In this document: positions 1 to 14,180 of the stretch, piece by piece
Numbering within the stretch: position 1 is the first letter of the stretch
Layout of the letters: the number at the start of each line of letters is the position of its first letter
Assembly: GCF_009834535.1 (NCBI RefSeq)
Contig: NC_045697.1
Span: 60,762,001 to 60,826,000, forward strand
Source of the DNA: Camelus ferus
Taxonomy: Eukaryota
Reading direction: 5' to 3'
DNA length: 64,000 bases
The notes under the pieces: generated by a model
The model's database searches: none
What the model was told of the DNA's origin: nothing
The model's input: the letters and a program-made list of their open reading frames with translations, nothing else
Made by a program: the position numbers and the translations under genes

Positions 1-1659
1 CTGGTGAGATCGGGATCAAGAATCTAAGAGAGATTATCATCTATATGAAATGATTTACTACATATGAGGTTAGGGTTGAAAAAGAAAGAAGGGGAGGATT
101 TCCAGCATCCCTTGCTGGCTAAGTCTCCATAATCATTTTAAAAACTGAAGTGAGCAAATTGCTTACTTTAAACCCAGGAAAACAAATGACAATATTTTTA
201 CAGATGTAAAGAAATATATGGAAATGTCTAAAATATATATGTGACTATATATGTGAATCTCTAAATAGTCAACAAGATTCTAAATATTTCTATAATTCAC
301 TTGTCACTTGTAAGGTTGGCTGATTTACTGAGAAATTAAAGTATCTTCAATAGTCTGAACATCAATGCTAACTAAACTTAAATCATATTGCTTCCATATT
401 TAATCAACATTTTAAATGTTTATGTCTCCATATTTTACTGCACATGGAGTGTAGTACACTTTCATATTCAAAAAAAGGCACATTCTTACTTATGTTTTGA
501 CATTTATGTTGGTTTAGTCTACTGTTTATAAGTCAGATTAATACAGAAAATGTAGAGCTCTGTTCATGCTCCTTGGGAAGAGGGAGTTTAAGTGGTGATT
601 TCAAAGGCATCCAGCAGCACTTTGGTGAACAAGGACATTGCCAGTTGATATTAGATGTCTCTCACTCACATGAAAGTATGTGCTGGGATGTTTCCATTCT
701 ATATGCAACTACTGTTCCAAGGGTAGCAAAACTTTGGTTATATCAGAGAAACACAGAAAAAAGCATTCAGTTCCTTCAAAAATTCTTAGTTTTGATTGTT
801 TTAATCCCCTGTGATTATCTTTATAAATATGGAGTAGGATGTGTCTGTTTGGATTTGCTTTAAGATGTATACTAAAGATAACCTGGCAGTATTTGTATCA
901 GACTAGCCCCTGAGTACGCTTTTCAAATCAACCAAGGATAAAAGGTCTGCTGTATAAAATAAATTACTCTTTGTATATCGAGCTTTAAGTGCTATTTTAT
1001 TGATGAGTGGAGAGTCACTCCCTACTACATTAAAAAAAATCAAGAAATTTCTACACATATCCACAACAACATATATTTATAATATTTTATGACTCATTAT
1101 AATACATTTATCTTTAATTTGTTATATGGATATATTATATAAAAACAATGGATAACAACTTGAAGGAGACTTTTTTCGTAAAATTGCTATGCAAATAACC
1201 CAATTTCACAACAGCTTTTCCAGTGGCCAGAAACTGCATACTCAAAGGTCAGATATGACATAAATTAATGTCAAATGGCCTCAAGTTTACTCCTCCTATC
1301 AATCTAATGCTAAAGTTTTTAATCAGGTTTATTTCCCTGACCCTTTATCAGCTGATTTGTTTACTGCTATCATTAGCCCCCGCCTCACTTTTGATACAGA
1401 TCCCTTTGTTGAGATGCCACAATTTTATATCTCAAATCATTTCACCAATTTTTCATTTGTTAAAAAAAATTCCACAATCACCCTCCTGAGCCTTCACTCT
1501 TTTCCTAAATTCCCACTTCAACTAATGGCATTATTCTCCCCAGCAATCTCCATTTAACTGATCAGCAAATTCAACTGATGTCCTCTAGAAAATGCTGACT
1601 CAGTTTTTCTAATTGTACCTTTGTTGTCATGATACCCTTACTATTATATTCATTGACAG

Positions 1660-1917
1660 TGTGATGGTTAATTTTATGGGTCAACTTGACTGAGTCATGA
1701 GGTGCCCAGATATTTGATTAAACATTATTCTGGATAAACCTGTAAGGACGCTTTAGTATGAGATTACCATTTGAACAGATGGGCTTGTTGGAATGAGTGA
1801 AGCCCTTCACACCTTAATTTTGGCCTCCTGGTGCCTACAACTGTGAGAGAATTTCTTTTGTTCTAATCCACAAAGTTGGTAGTACTTTTTCTATAGTAGC
1901 TTTAGGAAACTAATACA
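1660..1917 (+). mobile_element. ERVL/MaLR LTR remnant (MLT2-like 5' part, MLT1-like 3' part)
   Basis: Starts TGTGATGGTTAATTTTATGGGTCAACTTGACTG...CCAGATATTTG (MLT2-type start) and ends ...CTTTAGGAAACTAATACA (MLT1-type end); TG...CA termini. Confidence 0.75.
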
Positions 1918-2149
1918 AGGAACATACTGGGAATGTTAATGTGATTCTTTATTAGTTTTCCTAATTTTCACTATTTGCTCATCTCTTTAGATATTGAGAG
2001 TTGGAAAGCCTTTCGCCTGTGAAAACACTTAAGTTTTCATGTTATGTTAAAAATTGATCCATTTATATCTATTTAACTCAGTAAAATATTAAGTCTGAGT
2101 ACACAGCAATAATTTCTTATGTATGTATTTACTTACTAATTTAATAATC

Positions 2150-2640
2150 AAACATGATTTCACATAAAATTGAAAATTAAAGAAAACATACTGAAATTAT
2201 TTTTTAATTTTCCATAATCCAACCCGGCAGAGAGAATCATTTTGATATAGTCTCTTCCAAATGCTGTACCCACATACTCAATAAAAAGATGGTAGTGAAC
2301 ATAAACTTTTAGTATCCTGCTTCTTAATTATGAACATTTTATCATATAACTTGGCATTCTACAATACATGATTTTTAAATGCAAGCACAGTGTTTCATGC
2401 TTTGACTGTAACATAATTTATTTAGCTAATCCTCCAGTACAAAAGTTTAGTTTTATCTGGCAGTTTCCTATTATCAAAAATACTGTGATGATCCCCTTGT
2501 ATATAATTTGATGTGTATATTCTTTATCATTCCCTTGCAATTAATTCTTAGATTCAGAATTATTCTATCAAAAGATACGTCTGTTTTAAAGATCTCATTT
2601 TATTTTATCAAATAGCTCGCTAGGAAGTTTGTATCAATGG
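2150..2640 (-). mobile_element. Ancient L1 (L1ME-like) 3' fragment
   Basis: Degenerate T-rich sequence resembling the reverse complement of an old L1 3' end (e.g. tttcctattatcaaaaatactgtgatgatcccctt). Confidence 0.5.
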
Positions 2641-3469
2641 AAGTTCACCACAGGAGGATTGCATAACGAGGCAGCACTTAACAGCTTTCAAGAATAGCCT
2701 TAGAATCAGTTCAGAAGCTAGTTATGTCACATCATTTTTCATTTTTGAAAGGTAATTGACTTCTCAATTTTTTTATTTATAAATTATAATTTGTAATTGT
2801 AATTCATAAATTGTAGTCCATATTTTAAAGAGTGAAAAACAGTATTTTCTACACCCTTGAAATATTTTCCAAATAAGTGGAAAAAGTAATACCTGATTTT
2901 AATGACCAAACTATCACCAGATCTTTCCTAAACTCCTATGGTTTAACCAGGACTGTGTTAGATACCACACACTAAAATGCAAAGGATGACAAGGCCTTTT
3001 CTGCTGCATGATGATAGTCTAAGTCCATGCACATTAAAAACAAATAGACAAAAATCCAAAGCAATTTGTTCCCTTTTAGTAAAAGTCAATTTTAAGCTTA
3101 AAGTCAACCTGGTAAAGAAAAGAAAAATATTTGTTATGGATCTGAAGGCTGTAATAAGAAATCAGATTAAGTGTACCCAGAATTACTGGCCATTATACAT
3201 ATATTAAAAATTGAATTGTTTCATTTTCTTAGCAAAATAAAAGACCCACTTTGATTTATAAACTCATCCCTAAGGCATAACTACTAGAATCTTAAAGCAT
3301 TTCCCTGATAATAACTTAGAAGTCCACAGAGAAGTTCTAACAAGCAACTAGAATATTACAGTTGATCATAAATACTGCTTAAGTTAATTGAAAGTCATAT
3401 TACTCCTCTCTTTACAGCCATCTGAAGGCACCTCCTTTCACTCATCATGAGATATTTACATTCATTCAA

Positions 3470-4550
3470 TCTGTAATTTTTTGTGTGGAATGTAACGTGA
3501 GAATCCATTAGACATAAATGTACAGTTTAAATAAGTTATAAACTAACATTTATGTAACCATTATTTAGATAAGGAAATAGAATATTGCCAGCACCCCTAG
3601 AAAGTCCGCATATGTGTTTTCCTGGTCACAGTTTCTTTCCTATTTCCTAGAGGTTACCACTGCTCTGACATTTGTGATAATCACTTCTATACTTCTTTTG
3701 ATTACACTTTCTTACACCTATGTAATTATGCATCAATAAGCAGTAAAGTTTCATGCTTGAAAAAATATGTATGTAGGTTTATCCTTTTCATCTTTTAAAT
3801 ACTTTAAATAAATACATACATAAATAGATCCATACCATATGCAGTTCTGTTTTGCTCTTTGCTGGTTTTTGGTGACAAAATTATGTTTTTAAATTCCATA
3901 AATATTATTGAGGACAGATATACATACTTTTCGTTTTCCTCACTGTGGTCATAACGTTGTATAAACATACCTATTTGATCCACACTTCTACCACTTTTTT
4001 TTGTTTCCAGTTGGAGTTATGAGTAATGTTGTTATAAACATTCCGCACGTTTAACCTGCCGCACATAAGCATGAAATACCATAGATTATAAAACATAGAG
4101 TTAAATTAGTGAAATATAGCATATTCAACTTGAGGAAGTGGGCCAAACTCTTTTGCAAATAAATATTATCGATTCTACTTTAACAGCATTGTATTATTCC
4201 ACATTTTCTCCAGTACTAGGTTTTGCCAGATTTTTAATGTTTGTTGAGTGTGGAGAAATACTTAACATATTGATTTTAATTTTCATTTCCCCAATTACTA
4301 ATGAAGTTGAGCACTTTCATGTGCTATTTGATATTTGGATTTTCTCTGTTGTGCAATGCCCATTGAAGAAATTTTTCTCATTTTTCTACTTGGTGATTGT
4401 TGTTTTCTATTGATTTGTAGTGGTGTTTGCATATTCTGAATACGTGCCTGTATTGGTTTATGGGTCACAATTTTCAGACTCAACATTCTCTGTGGACTTC
4501 GTCAAATTTATCAATCATGGACTATAATTATTGCCTTTTGTGTCTTCGTT
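3470..4550 (-). mobile_element. Ancient L1 (L1MC/ME-like) 3' end and ORF2 C-terminal fragment
   Basis: Antisense L1 motifs such as 'ttttaattttcatttccccaattactaatgaagttgagcactttcatgtgctatttg'; explains ORFs 4138..4413 and 4298..4486. Confidence 0.7.
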
Positions 4551-4774
4551 AAAACTGAGGCCTTCTATTTATTAAAAGAGACCATCAAGTAACAGAGAAG
4601 CGAATGTTGAGTTAAGTTAGTAACTTAGATGATATAAAATGAAAAAAAACTAAAGGAAAGAAAACTGAAAAGAAAGTGATCAAAGTCAGAATGGCCTTCA
4701 CGGAATTTTTTTTAAAAGGGAGTAGAGGGAAGCAAGTGGAAATAAAGCCTTGACAATCCTGAAGTATATTCTAC

Positions 4775-4930
4775 TCAGTCCCCAGCAGAATTGTGCCCCA
4801 GATGCCTACAGAATAAACAGCTTATTAACACACTTTTTATAGCTTTCCCTCCCCTGTCTGACTCACTCTCCCCACTCACTAATTTCTGCTCCTGATATCA
4901 ACTTCCAGAAAAGCACTCTCATGCAGCGTG
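4775..4930 (+). mobile_element. LTR16-like (ERVL) LTR 3' fragment
   Basis: 'ctttccctcccctgtctgactcactctccccactcact...tcctgatatcaacttccagaaaagcact' resembles the LTR16 3' end. Confidence 0.5.
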
Positions 4931-4945
4931 CTCTCCCCTGGTGCT

Positions 4946-4966
4946 CCACACACACACACACACACA
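4946..4966. repeat. (CA)n microsatellite
   Basis: Direct reading. Confidence 0.9.
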
Positions 4967-5195
4967 AGGAATATATTAAATTAGTCTCCAGACAAGAAAA
5001 AGCTTAGGGAAGCTCAGAAGTCACTTATTCCCTCCTCATCCAAATATTGAAAACCGCATACAACTGACATACGTATCCATAAACGAAATAGTACCTGGGC
5101 ACCAGATTATGATTATTCAATTGCATGCCCTTTCTTCCTACATGTCTTCCTCCTTGAGTCTCTCTACCCATGCCAGTAGATCTCATCCTCACTCA

Positions 5196-5345
5196 CTTTT
5201 TAAAATCGAAATATAGTTGGTTTACAATGTTGTTAACTTCTGATGTACAGTATACTGATTCAATTACACACACACACACATTCTTTTCATATTATTTTTC
5301 CTTATAGGCTATTACAAGGTACTGAATATAGTTTCCTGTGTTATC
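5196..5345 (-). mobile_element. Short 5'-truncated artiodactyl L1 3' end with internal (CA)n
   Basis: 'gaaatatagttggtttacaatgttg...tacaaggtactgaatatagtttcctgtg' is the reverse complement of the L1 3' terminus seen on + at ~22340-22480, 31010-31150 and 49090-49235. Confidence 0.85.
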
Positions 5346-5832
5346 CATTTTTTAATCCATTCTCAAGTACTATTTTCCTCATCTTGTCAACTAGACTTTA
5401 AACACCAGCGCTCTGAATTAACTGTATCTCTTTAGAATACTTACCTTATTCAGCCCTGAACTGCAGACTTGCATCATCCATTCATTCAAGAAATATATAT
5501 AAAACCTTGACAGCCAACAAGATAAAGAATAAGCAAAGCAGATACAGCCCAAGTTGCCTTGAAGCTTACAAATTAATGAGGAAATAGGTGTTACTGACCA
5601 TTCTTTAAATGTTATTTTTGAAGAAAAATATAAAGTTCTATGTGCTTAAGAAGAAAGCAACCAAATTTGTACATTATTACAGAATTAGCTGCTTCTTATC
5701 AGGGACTCTCATCAACATCAACATCAACATCAAACAACTACCATACTCTGATCCATACAATATGTAATTTAAATATTTGAAATAATAGTAGTTTAAGAGT
5801 TAAGAGACTATAAAGTAAGGTAAGAGACTTAC

Positions 5833-5930
5833 TGTATGCAAACGTATTATTTGCTTTCTTTGTTCTTATCAAGGAAAACAAACAGTTTTGGCTGATCAGT
5901 TCAAGTGTTTTTACTTTCAGCTGAGATGGT
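5833..5930 (-). other. Candidate exon (98 nt)
   Basis: Minus strand: acceptor aactgtttcttctag|, donor ACA|GTAAGT; one open frame (PSQLKVKTLELISQNCLFSLIRTKKANNTFAY), peptide not recognised. Confidence 0.25.
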
Positions 5931-8648
5931 CTAGAAGAAACAGTTTCTCAATTCTTAAGGCATGTGTATGTGTAAATGTGCATTTTGTGTGTGGGCTACA
6001 CTTCAAATTTAGTATAGATTTTGCCATTGACTTTTGAGAAATGGATATAGGAACTTCTATTTAAAAAGCTAAGCCACATGTGTAATTGAAAATGTTGCAG
6101 AGCTTCTACTGTATTCCTCATCAGATCTTCCTTTGAATTAAAATTGAGTTTGTAGGACTAGGTCAATACCTCCCATACAAGTAATTAGAATTGTTTGGGC
6201 AACAGGTCAGAGTTCTAGACTCCAGCTGATAGCATCCATCAAAATTATGTTTCAATTCTTTTTATGTGTTACTAGAAATATGAGAATCAAATTCTATAAT
6301 GAGACTTCCACATTTTAAAATGAACAGAAAAATAACCTGCTAGAAGGTATATTCTCCTGAGACCGTTTTTTTTCATTGTCTTATTTTACATTTTCTAAGC
6401 TACAATATTCAGAAATGAACAATAGTTATATATTTCTCTTTGGAGTCTGGAAGCGAGATTATACATCTATTGCCATAGCACAATCAAAGAATGGTAAGGG
6501 CCTGAACTAATCGTTAATACTGGGAAATAAAGACAGATTAGAGAGAGAGTGTGAGGAAAGGCTTAGCAAAATCTGGTGGCTTGCAGAGAGGCCGATAACC
6601 CTGAAAGAAATGAAGCTAGGAGTATTTGGCCTTTGATATCTTGGAGAATGATGGTATGCATTACATATATTAATAATAAATAAATAAAGAGGAAAAAAGG
6701 TAGGAAATGTTGAGTGTAAATTTAGCAAACAGAAAGCTATTGCACCATGAAGAATGCAATGCCAATATTATCTGGAGATGTATGAGAGAGAGCTCAAGAT
6801 TTAAGATTAAGGATAATTGTCTTAATCTATTTATCAGAAAGTAAGCAGGAACTAGAAAGGGACACATATAGTTAATAAAAATAATCAAATAGTCATAACT
6901 TGGTGTCTATCTTAAAGTGAGAGTTGCTGAATGGGGGTAGATCAATTTCTAAAGAAAAATTTTGGAATAATACAATAGCATCAAGATAGAATATAACTAG
7001 ATTGTATTTTATTCTGATAAAGATTCTATTTATGATAAAACTATCTGACTTAGAACTTTAATCTATAGTGAATGTGGTGTATAAAATTTAATACACTGAT
7101 TAATTTCCTAAAAATAAAATCTTATTTAGAAAAAATATCTTTGAAGAAAAGATATGATTTTCTTAATTTAGCAATTTCTTGTAAGTTTAACTGTTTTAAT
7201 ATTTGATTATAAAAAATGAAAAATGCCAGGTGCTGAAACAGATATTGCCACATTTGTGAGCCACTGGCTAGGCATGAGCCCAGTGATTTGCAGAAATATT
7301 AATAACTCTTCCACATCATTTATTTATGTCAGAGTTGATCATGAAGCCCTAGTCTGCCAAAAGAGCTACAATAGTTCAGCAAGACTTAACTTACACACCT
7401 ATATGAATGTACTCAATAGATACAACACTTCAAAAATCTCAACCAAAACATAGTTGATTTTTTCACTGACTTTTGTAACATCAACTGAACATTTTCAAAG
7501 CTGTATGCAATATATTTATATTCTTTATAATAAAATAAAGCAGCAAATACAACAAATATCACTTAAAAATGATTGTAAAAAATAGAAAACAATGACATAG
7601 GGGAAAATACAGTTGTTATATTCCAAGATACACGTGATATATGAATTATTTTGCTAATTTAGTTTGAAAAGTGTTGGGGCAAAACTACTATTTTATGAAG
7701 TAAAATATTTTATAAGTAGAGCTAGTGAAATATAAATGGCATTGTTATGAGATAGCCAGCTCTTTCAGTAAACAATCTTCATTGATTTTATCGGCTAAAA
7801 TAAATATATCAAATGTGTATTTATTTTATTTTACAAATTGTATAAATTTAAGAAAAATATTAAGAAAGCAAAAATTCCTCACAGTCCCTCAGCTCTGTTC
7901 TAACATATACTTCCATTTATAAAATGTCTAAAATATCTATTAATATTTGATACAGAAACAGATTTTTTCCAAGAAAATTAAATTCTAAAAATGAAATAGC
8001 CAAACATTTCTCTCTCTGTTCATCTTCCTTAAGTGAATTGCCTATGAATTCATAAAAATGATCTCCATACCAAGCTGCTGTGATGCTTCTATCAGGACCG
8101 CGCCAAAACAAAGTACTACATTATAAAATAACTGTCCTTTTGTAAGCTCTTTAAAAAGTGGCTCTTTGTTTTCTGACCATCAGAAACTGGTAACAACCAG
8201 TAAATTATGTCGTCCTTTTGTAGTTCTGTCCTGAGAAACCAGCTGCATAAAGAGATTATTTCTAATTTGTACTTGATTATGTAAACATCAATTTATAAAC
8301 ACATCCTTTCACTGTTTTTTACTTCTTAAAAGTTTTATATTAGCTTCCAATTATTTGATTGTATCAGTAAATAAAACTGATAACATGAACTCTTCAATTC
8401 ATTAATTACTTAGACAAATATCTAAATATTTTTAACACCTTCTTTTGTAAAAGGCTAAAGCAAAATGGTCTAAAACGCAGAAGTCCAAAGGGATTAACAC
8501 TAAGAAAGTCTCGCTGCTGACCCTTTTCTATGCCCACTCAGGACCCTGCCTTTCTAAAGGCCATGACTATGCCCAGTTTATTCCAGATCTTAATAGCGAC
8601 AGTCTGTACGTTGACAAAATACACATTTATAGCACAAATTATAGTAGA

Positions 8649-8768
8649 CACTGATCCTTGAACAACGGGGTTTGAACTGCTTGGGTTCACTTACATTCAG
8701 ATATTTTCAACAGTCAATACCACAGTACTGGTTGGTTGAATTTGCAGCATGTGGAGGAACTGGGCAGC
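8649..8768 (+). mobile_element. Tigger2-derived MITE (Tigger2a/MER8-like) fragment
   Basis: cactgatccttgaacaacggggtttgaactgcttgggttcacttac matches the Tigger2 terminus CAGTTGACCCTTGAACAAC...GGTTTGAACTGC. Confidence 0.8.
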
Positions 8769-9700
8769 ATATTTCTCTTCATAGGTGGTTAGAAAACCAT
8801 TTTTTCTTTACATATATAAAATTTTCTGTTATTTACTGTCATAATTGCCATAATACAGATAATTATTACTTATATTTTAAATGTCTAAATAAGACAGAGT
8901 AAAGCATAACAATAAATGCCACCTGAATAATACCTGCAAAATACAATTTTTATTCTCTAAGCCAAAGATCTTCTTCAATTTGATGTAACTAATTTAACAG
9001 ATCAGAGAATAATACAGCATTCTGACAGTTTACTGGCCTTTACTCCCTCTCCAGAAATTTTAAATATCTACCAAGTAACCATTGAAAGCAACCATGTGGA
9101 AGTACCATTGCCTCATATATCCATTCATTTATTCATTTGTTCTTCACATGTGCTGGATCACATAAGAATACTTTGGTATAACACACAGGTACTCAGTGTT
9201 TGGAGGCTTAAAGTCTAGAAAAATCTACCACTCAAAATTTTGAGTAATTTATCAAATGTTTACAGTAATGTAAACATTTTTCCCTAAAGAAGCTCTAATT
9301 TTAAAAAAATTACAAATATTAAAACTACTATCAACAAGAGGGAAAGATTATTCATAAATGTAACAATTATATATTTACTGCCTTTCTTGTATTATTCTAT
9401 CATGTAATTCACCCATCTGTTCCCTACAGATTTTCCTATAGTTCTACTTTGACCAGGATTATTTTGTCCTTTTTTCTCCTTGAAATACTCCCCAATCTCT
9501 GCAACTATGTCAATAAATTCTCTGTTTAGGCAAGTCTCATTATCTCATTATCAGTTATTGCATCCAACTTCTCAGTCTTATTGAATGACAATAAGTAACT
9601 CTAGAAAATATTAATGCTTGCTGCTATATTGTTACTTACATGTTTGCCATACAATTAAGATAAAGAAAAACTTGTTTAAATATTCTGAGACATAACTTAC

Positions 9701-9736
9701 TTGAACTTTTTGGTACACTCTGGTTTTACTTGATGC
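9701..9736 (-). other. Candidate exon (36 nt)
   Basis: Minus strand: acceptor cattgtttttattag|, donor CAA|GTAAGT; length divisible by 3. Confidence 0.25.
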
Positions 9737-10142
9737 CTAATAAAAACAATGTTTCTATTCCTAAAAAATGAATATACTTATTTACCCTCTGCCTCACTGT
9801 TCTTTACTTGTTCAACATTCTCTCTAATTTTCAACTCAAGAAGGAACAGATTCTCCAAGGGTGAAGCTGTTTATCAAAGAAGTTCTAGGTGAGGGCTGCT
9901 GATGAATGTACTTGATTAACAAAAGTAGCTTAGTTTCAGTTGCCATCTACCCAAAACAAATACCCACCTGAAAGAATTTTTTAAAAATAAGTAAACAAAA
10001 ATAATGTATTTCTTATGAGAAATATTTCACCCAGAGCCACAGTTCTTTGCCTAGATGTAAAAGAGTCAGGCTCTGGAAAATTCAGATATTTCACCTCATT
10101 CTATAATATTCAGATATTTCTTATTTTTATAGACATTGATGA

Positions 10143-10335
10143 TTGTTTTAATTGAAGTATAATCAGTTTACAATATTGTGACAATGTCTGGTGTACAGCA
10201 TAATAGTTTAGTCATACATATATAAATATATTCATTTTCATATTCTTTTTCATTATAAGTTATTACAAGATATTGAACATAGTTCCCTGTGTTATACAGT
10301 ATAACCTTGTTTATCTATTTTATGCATAGTAGTTA
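10143..10335 (-). mobile_element. Short artiodactyl L1 3' end
   Basis: 'aattgaagtataatcagtttacaatattgtg...ggtgtacagcataat...ttacaagatattgaacatagttccctgtgttatacag' is the reverse complement of the young L1 3' end. Confidence 0.88.
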
Positions 10336-11559
10336 GAGTTTAAATTACAAATTAAATGTAAAATTATAAATAAAATTATAATTAGCTTAAGTTAAGTCTG
10401 ATGTCATGAGAATTCTTTTAGAGAGAACTCTTGTTGCAAATGTATTCTGAACTGGTTTTTAAAACCCATATAAATGAGAAATAATCTCTAGAATATTCTC
10501 CTAAAGTTATCAAATTTCTTAGCTTTCTAAGAAAGCACGATGCATGCCAAGGCCTCGGCAAACATTGCCTGGAACTGCTGCTTTCAGATGTGCTAGTCAA
10601 CCATCCTGCCATTCTGAACACCTGGTTCTGGTTTGTCGAAGTCAAGTACTTTCTTTAGACCATAGAAATATCAGTCATAATATTTTGAAAACAATCACTC
10701 AGTATGAATTGAGGGATGTACAAACTACGAAGCATGTATACTTGGTTGACAGAGCAGATGTGAGGATTCATATTTATCTTCATGAGTTTGTCCTAAAATT
10801 CTTACTTCTTAAAGGCTGGTGTGCTCAGACTTAGGAAATTCTAAATAACAACATATACAGTTATAGGGTTTCCTTTCCCAATTGATAAGATGTAGGAAAA
10901 AGAGAAATAAAAAAAGAATCTCAAGATAATCACATAATCATATTAAGAGAGATTCTCAGTCAGATCTAATCCTGTCAAAACTAGCTTAGAGGAATTAATC
11001 ACAGAGTCACATAAAAATTAGATTCCATTGAAGTGTGTGAAATCATCTATATAGATTTTTGTTAATCTCTCCTTTTGTCACCCCTGATATCTGAAATAGA
11101 TTTTGTCAGAATTAGCTAAAATTAGAATGCTATTGTGGGCAGTTTCTTCAGCTTCCTTCCTGCTTAGGAAGTTTTGCAGTTGCACAGCACTGGACAGAGA
11201 ACTTAGAGGAATGGCAGCAACTGTAAAGAAAAATCACTTAAGGTAGACACCTAACTTAGAGCTTTTGAGTAACTTAAGCATATAAATAGGTCATAATACA
11301 GTCAGATAGGTAGAACAACAAATTGAACAAATCACTGTATAGATAACGTACATATACAAATAAGCATGTAGGTTTACAACATCTTTCATCTTACATGTAG
11401 ACATTAACCATAAAATCTTCCTTATTAAAGTAGAAAAAATGGCTAGAGAAAATGCATTAATTCATTTAATGATTTATTATGTTAACATTTAATGTTTATA
11501 ATATATTAATTAATGTTAATTAATGTTTATAATATATTAATATTAATAAGTGGTATTAG

Positions 11560-12260
11560 TAAATAAATGCTCATTAGTTTTTATGCATGTGTCAGGCCTT
11601 CTCTTAGAAAAAGAAATGCAGTGTTGCAAAAAAACCAAATGTATTTTTCCATGATAATTACATTTTTATGACAAAAGACTGAGAGAAAACAAATGGCACA
11701 CAGGCATGTGTGAAAACACACATATCCTGTGGTAAAATACAGATGTTAATTATATGACATGTAAAGGTATAGGTATTCTTGGGGTGTGAAACATACAGCT
11801 GCATTAGGTATATGTGTATTATATAAATGTGACAGATGTGTGTATATGTGTATGTATGCATGTATATATGTATATGTACTTAATTTATATGTATATGGCA
11901 TATATACCTATATCATGGTATGTATCAGGTAGGAGCAATTCTAATGAAAAAAATATAGGGCCAGGTAAAACGATAGTGAGTTTTCTGTGGGTTGGGGTTT
12001 GCTCTTTTACTTAGAAGAGTCACAGCAATCTTTTTGTTATGATCTAATTTAATTACAGAATTGAGTAAAAGATGATTGTCCTGAGTAATACAGGAAGTCA
12101 TCAGAGAAATTTGAAAAGAAAAATGGCATAACTTGCAAAAGCCCTCTGGCTGATGTTTGGAGAACAGACAATTGGGGTGAGTGGGCAAATAGGAAAACCA
12201 GTTGGGAACCATTGTATAAACAGTTCAGCTGGGGATGCTGGTAACTTGGGGAAAGCAGTA
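11560..12260 (-). mobile_element. L2 fragments with an inserted low-complexity TATG/TG tract
   Basis: L2-like motifs e.g. 'aaagccctctggctgatgtttggagaacagac'; (TATG)-type tract ~11810-11920. Confidence 0.5.
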
Positions 12261-13339
12261 GTCTTATCAATTTTCTGTGTGTTCTTTTTTTAAAGACTGG
12301 AATCCTCACTGGAATTTGATTATCATCAATTATCAGCAATTACTTGATAAAAGATTATCAAAATATGTCCCCAAAAATGGAACAAGTAAAAATGTGTGTT
12401 GTGAATCAGGTAGAGGATACACATAAGCATAAGTATCATTCATAAAGGTAGTCTGCATGTTGTATATTTGCTATAGTGCTTCCTAAGATTGTCACTTACA
12501 GAATCTAGGATCAACTCTATACTAGTTTACACAGAGAATTTTGGTTAGTGTTAAAACTATTTTGAAAGTTACTACTTAAAAATGGAAGACCAAAAGCAAA
12601 CAAAGTAATGATTTTCTTAAGCGTCAAAGAACGATTTGCTTGTATGATCCTAGAACTGGGCTGCTTGTATATTTTTATAGCATTATCACATTCTAGTGGT
12701 TAAACAGGACATACAGATATAAAGGTAATAGTTTCTTTTATATTATGTCAAATATGTACACATAGAGTTCCTTAAATTTAGCTTTTTGAAGTACAGTTAT
12801 TGATTATAATAATTCAACCTTCTTTAAGATTAAAATACTGATTTCCAAAATTAAAATTTTAGGCTTTACCTAAAAAAATATTATGAGAACATATTATTCT
12901 GCTGTAAAAGTTTACAAAAACTGTGACTTAAATATACTGAGCCAGTATTAGGTTCTGTGGGGAAAAAAATTAACCGATATTTCTCATTGGCCCATAACAT
13001 TGAAATTTACTTCACTCTACCCAGTTACATATATACGCCTCACTAAAGGCAAATAAAGTATAATTACCACATTGAAATAATAATAAAAGACCTTTTGATT
13101 AAATGAATTAACTGTTTGCTTTTATGGGACCTTGGTTAGTAACATCAAAAATTAATTAAGCACTGTCCATGATAAGAGAGATTTTCTAATATTTTCTTGG
13201 AGAAATGTGAACTTGGGGTTTTTAGTGTACTGATTAAAAAAGAGAGCAAGTGACTGGATATGCCTTCATGCCAAAAAAATAATCGCTTTAGTAGGAGACC
13301 ACTTGTAAAAACTAATATGGACTCTCTATTTCTGCTTAC

Positions 13340-13473
13340 CTATTGGGCATCACTATACTATTTCAAAGGCAACTTTGAGGAGAACCCCTTGCATAACCTC
13401 AACAAAAAGTGAGGCAAAATTATCTCAGTTTTCTGTCTTGCTTTTAGTATTCTGTGATACGGGAGAATTTGGC
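13340..13473 (-). other. Candidate non-coding exon (134 nt)
   Basis: Minus strand: strong acceptor atatttttgtccttttctctccag|G, donor TAG|GTAAGC; stops in all three frames. Confidence 0.4.
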
Positions 13474-13769
13474 CTGGAGAGAAAAGGACAAAAATATCCC
13501 AACAACCACTTCCCCAACTCTCATATTCTCCTTTCAAAATGTCTTCAAGCCTGAAGGGGTAGATCTTTCTTTTCCTCTACAACATCTCATTTACTTTTCC
13601 ATCTTTGGCACACAATAAAACTACTATTGCGCTTTTTAAAACTATATAGGTAACCTAAAGTTTCCATTATGGATTAAGGAAATTGATTTATAGTTGAAAT
13701 ACTTTTCTCAAGAATCCTAAGACAAGATTGAGGCACTGGCATAAACTACCAAACATAAGTTAATAAATA

Positions 13770-14140
13770 ATATCAACTGTACACAAAATAGGAGAGAACA
13801 TTTTACATCTCATTTTATAACGCCAGTGTTATATACTCTTATACCAAAATCAAATAAAGATAAACAAGAAAGGAACACTGAAGGGTATTATCCCTAAAGA
13901 ACATAGAAGCAGAATTCTTCAGTAAAATCGTAGTAAGTCATATTCAGCAATACTACAAGCAGATAATAAATCATGATAAAATTAGGCTTGATTAAGCATT
14001 AGAAAAGCAATTCATGTAATTAAGTATTTTGATGGACTATTAAGGAAGCATCATACAATTATTTCAAAAGGTACATAAAAAGATTTGATATAACACAACA
14101 CTCATTCATGAAAATAGTCTCATTAACTTCATTAAATTAA
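13770..14140 (+). mobile_element. Old L1 ORF2 fragment
   Basis: Diverged copy of the same pre-RT ORF2 region as 14380-14710 (ctcattttataacgccagt..., gatttgatataacacaacactcattcatga). Confidence 0.65.
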
Positions 14141-14150
14141 TAAAGAGTAT

Positions 14151-14180
14151 TGTTATGGGCTGAATCATGTCTTCCTAAAA
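14151..14180 (+). mobile_element. MLT1 LTR 5' end stub
   Basis: tgttatgggctgaatcatgtcttcctaaaa matches the MLT1 start; truncated where the L1 begins. Confidence 0.55.

Noticed and set aside
573..863. 96-aa ORF
   Set aside because: Non-ATG start, no recognisable homology, no convincing splice signals.
7917..8115. Minus ORF FWRGPDRSITAAWYGDHFYEF... as a coding exon
   Set aside because: Protein-like composition but weak acceptor, no clear GT donor and no recognised homologue.
11470..11550. AT-rich tandem/palindromic repeat, plus other short tandem duplications (~21040-21085, ~28261-28290, ~51005-51050)
   Set aside because: Ordinary slippage products; no repeat-spacer periodicity, not CRISPR-like.
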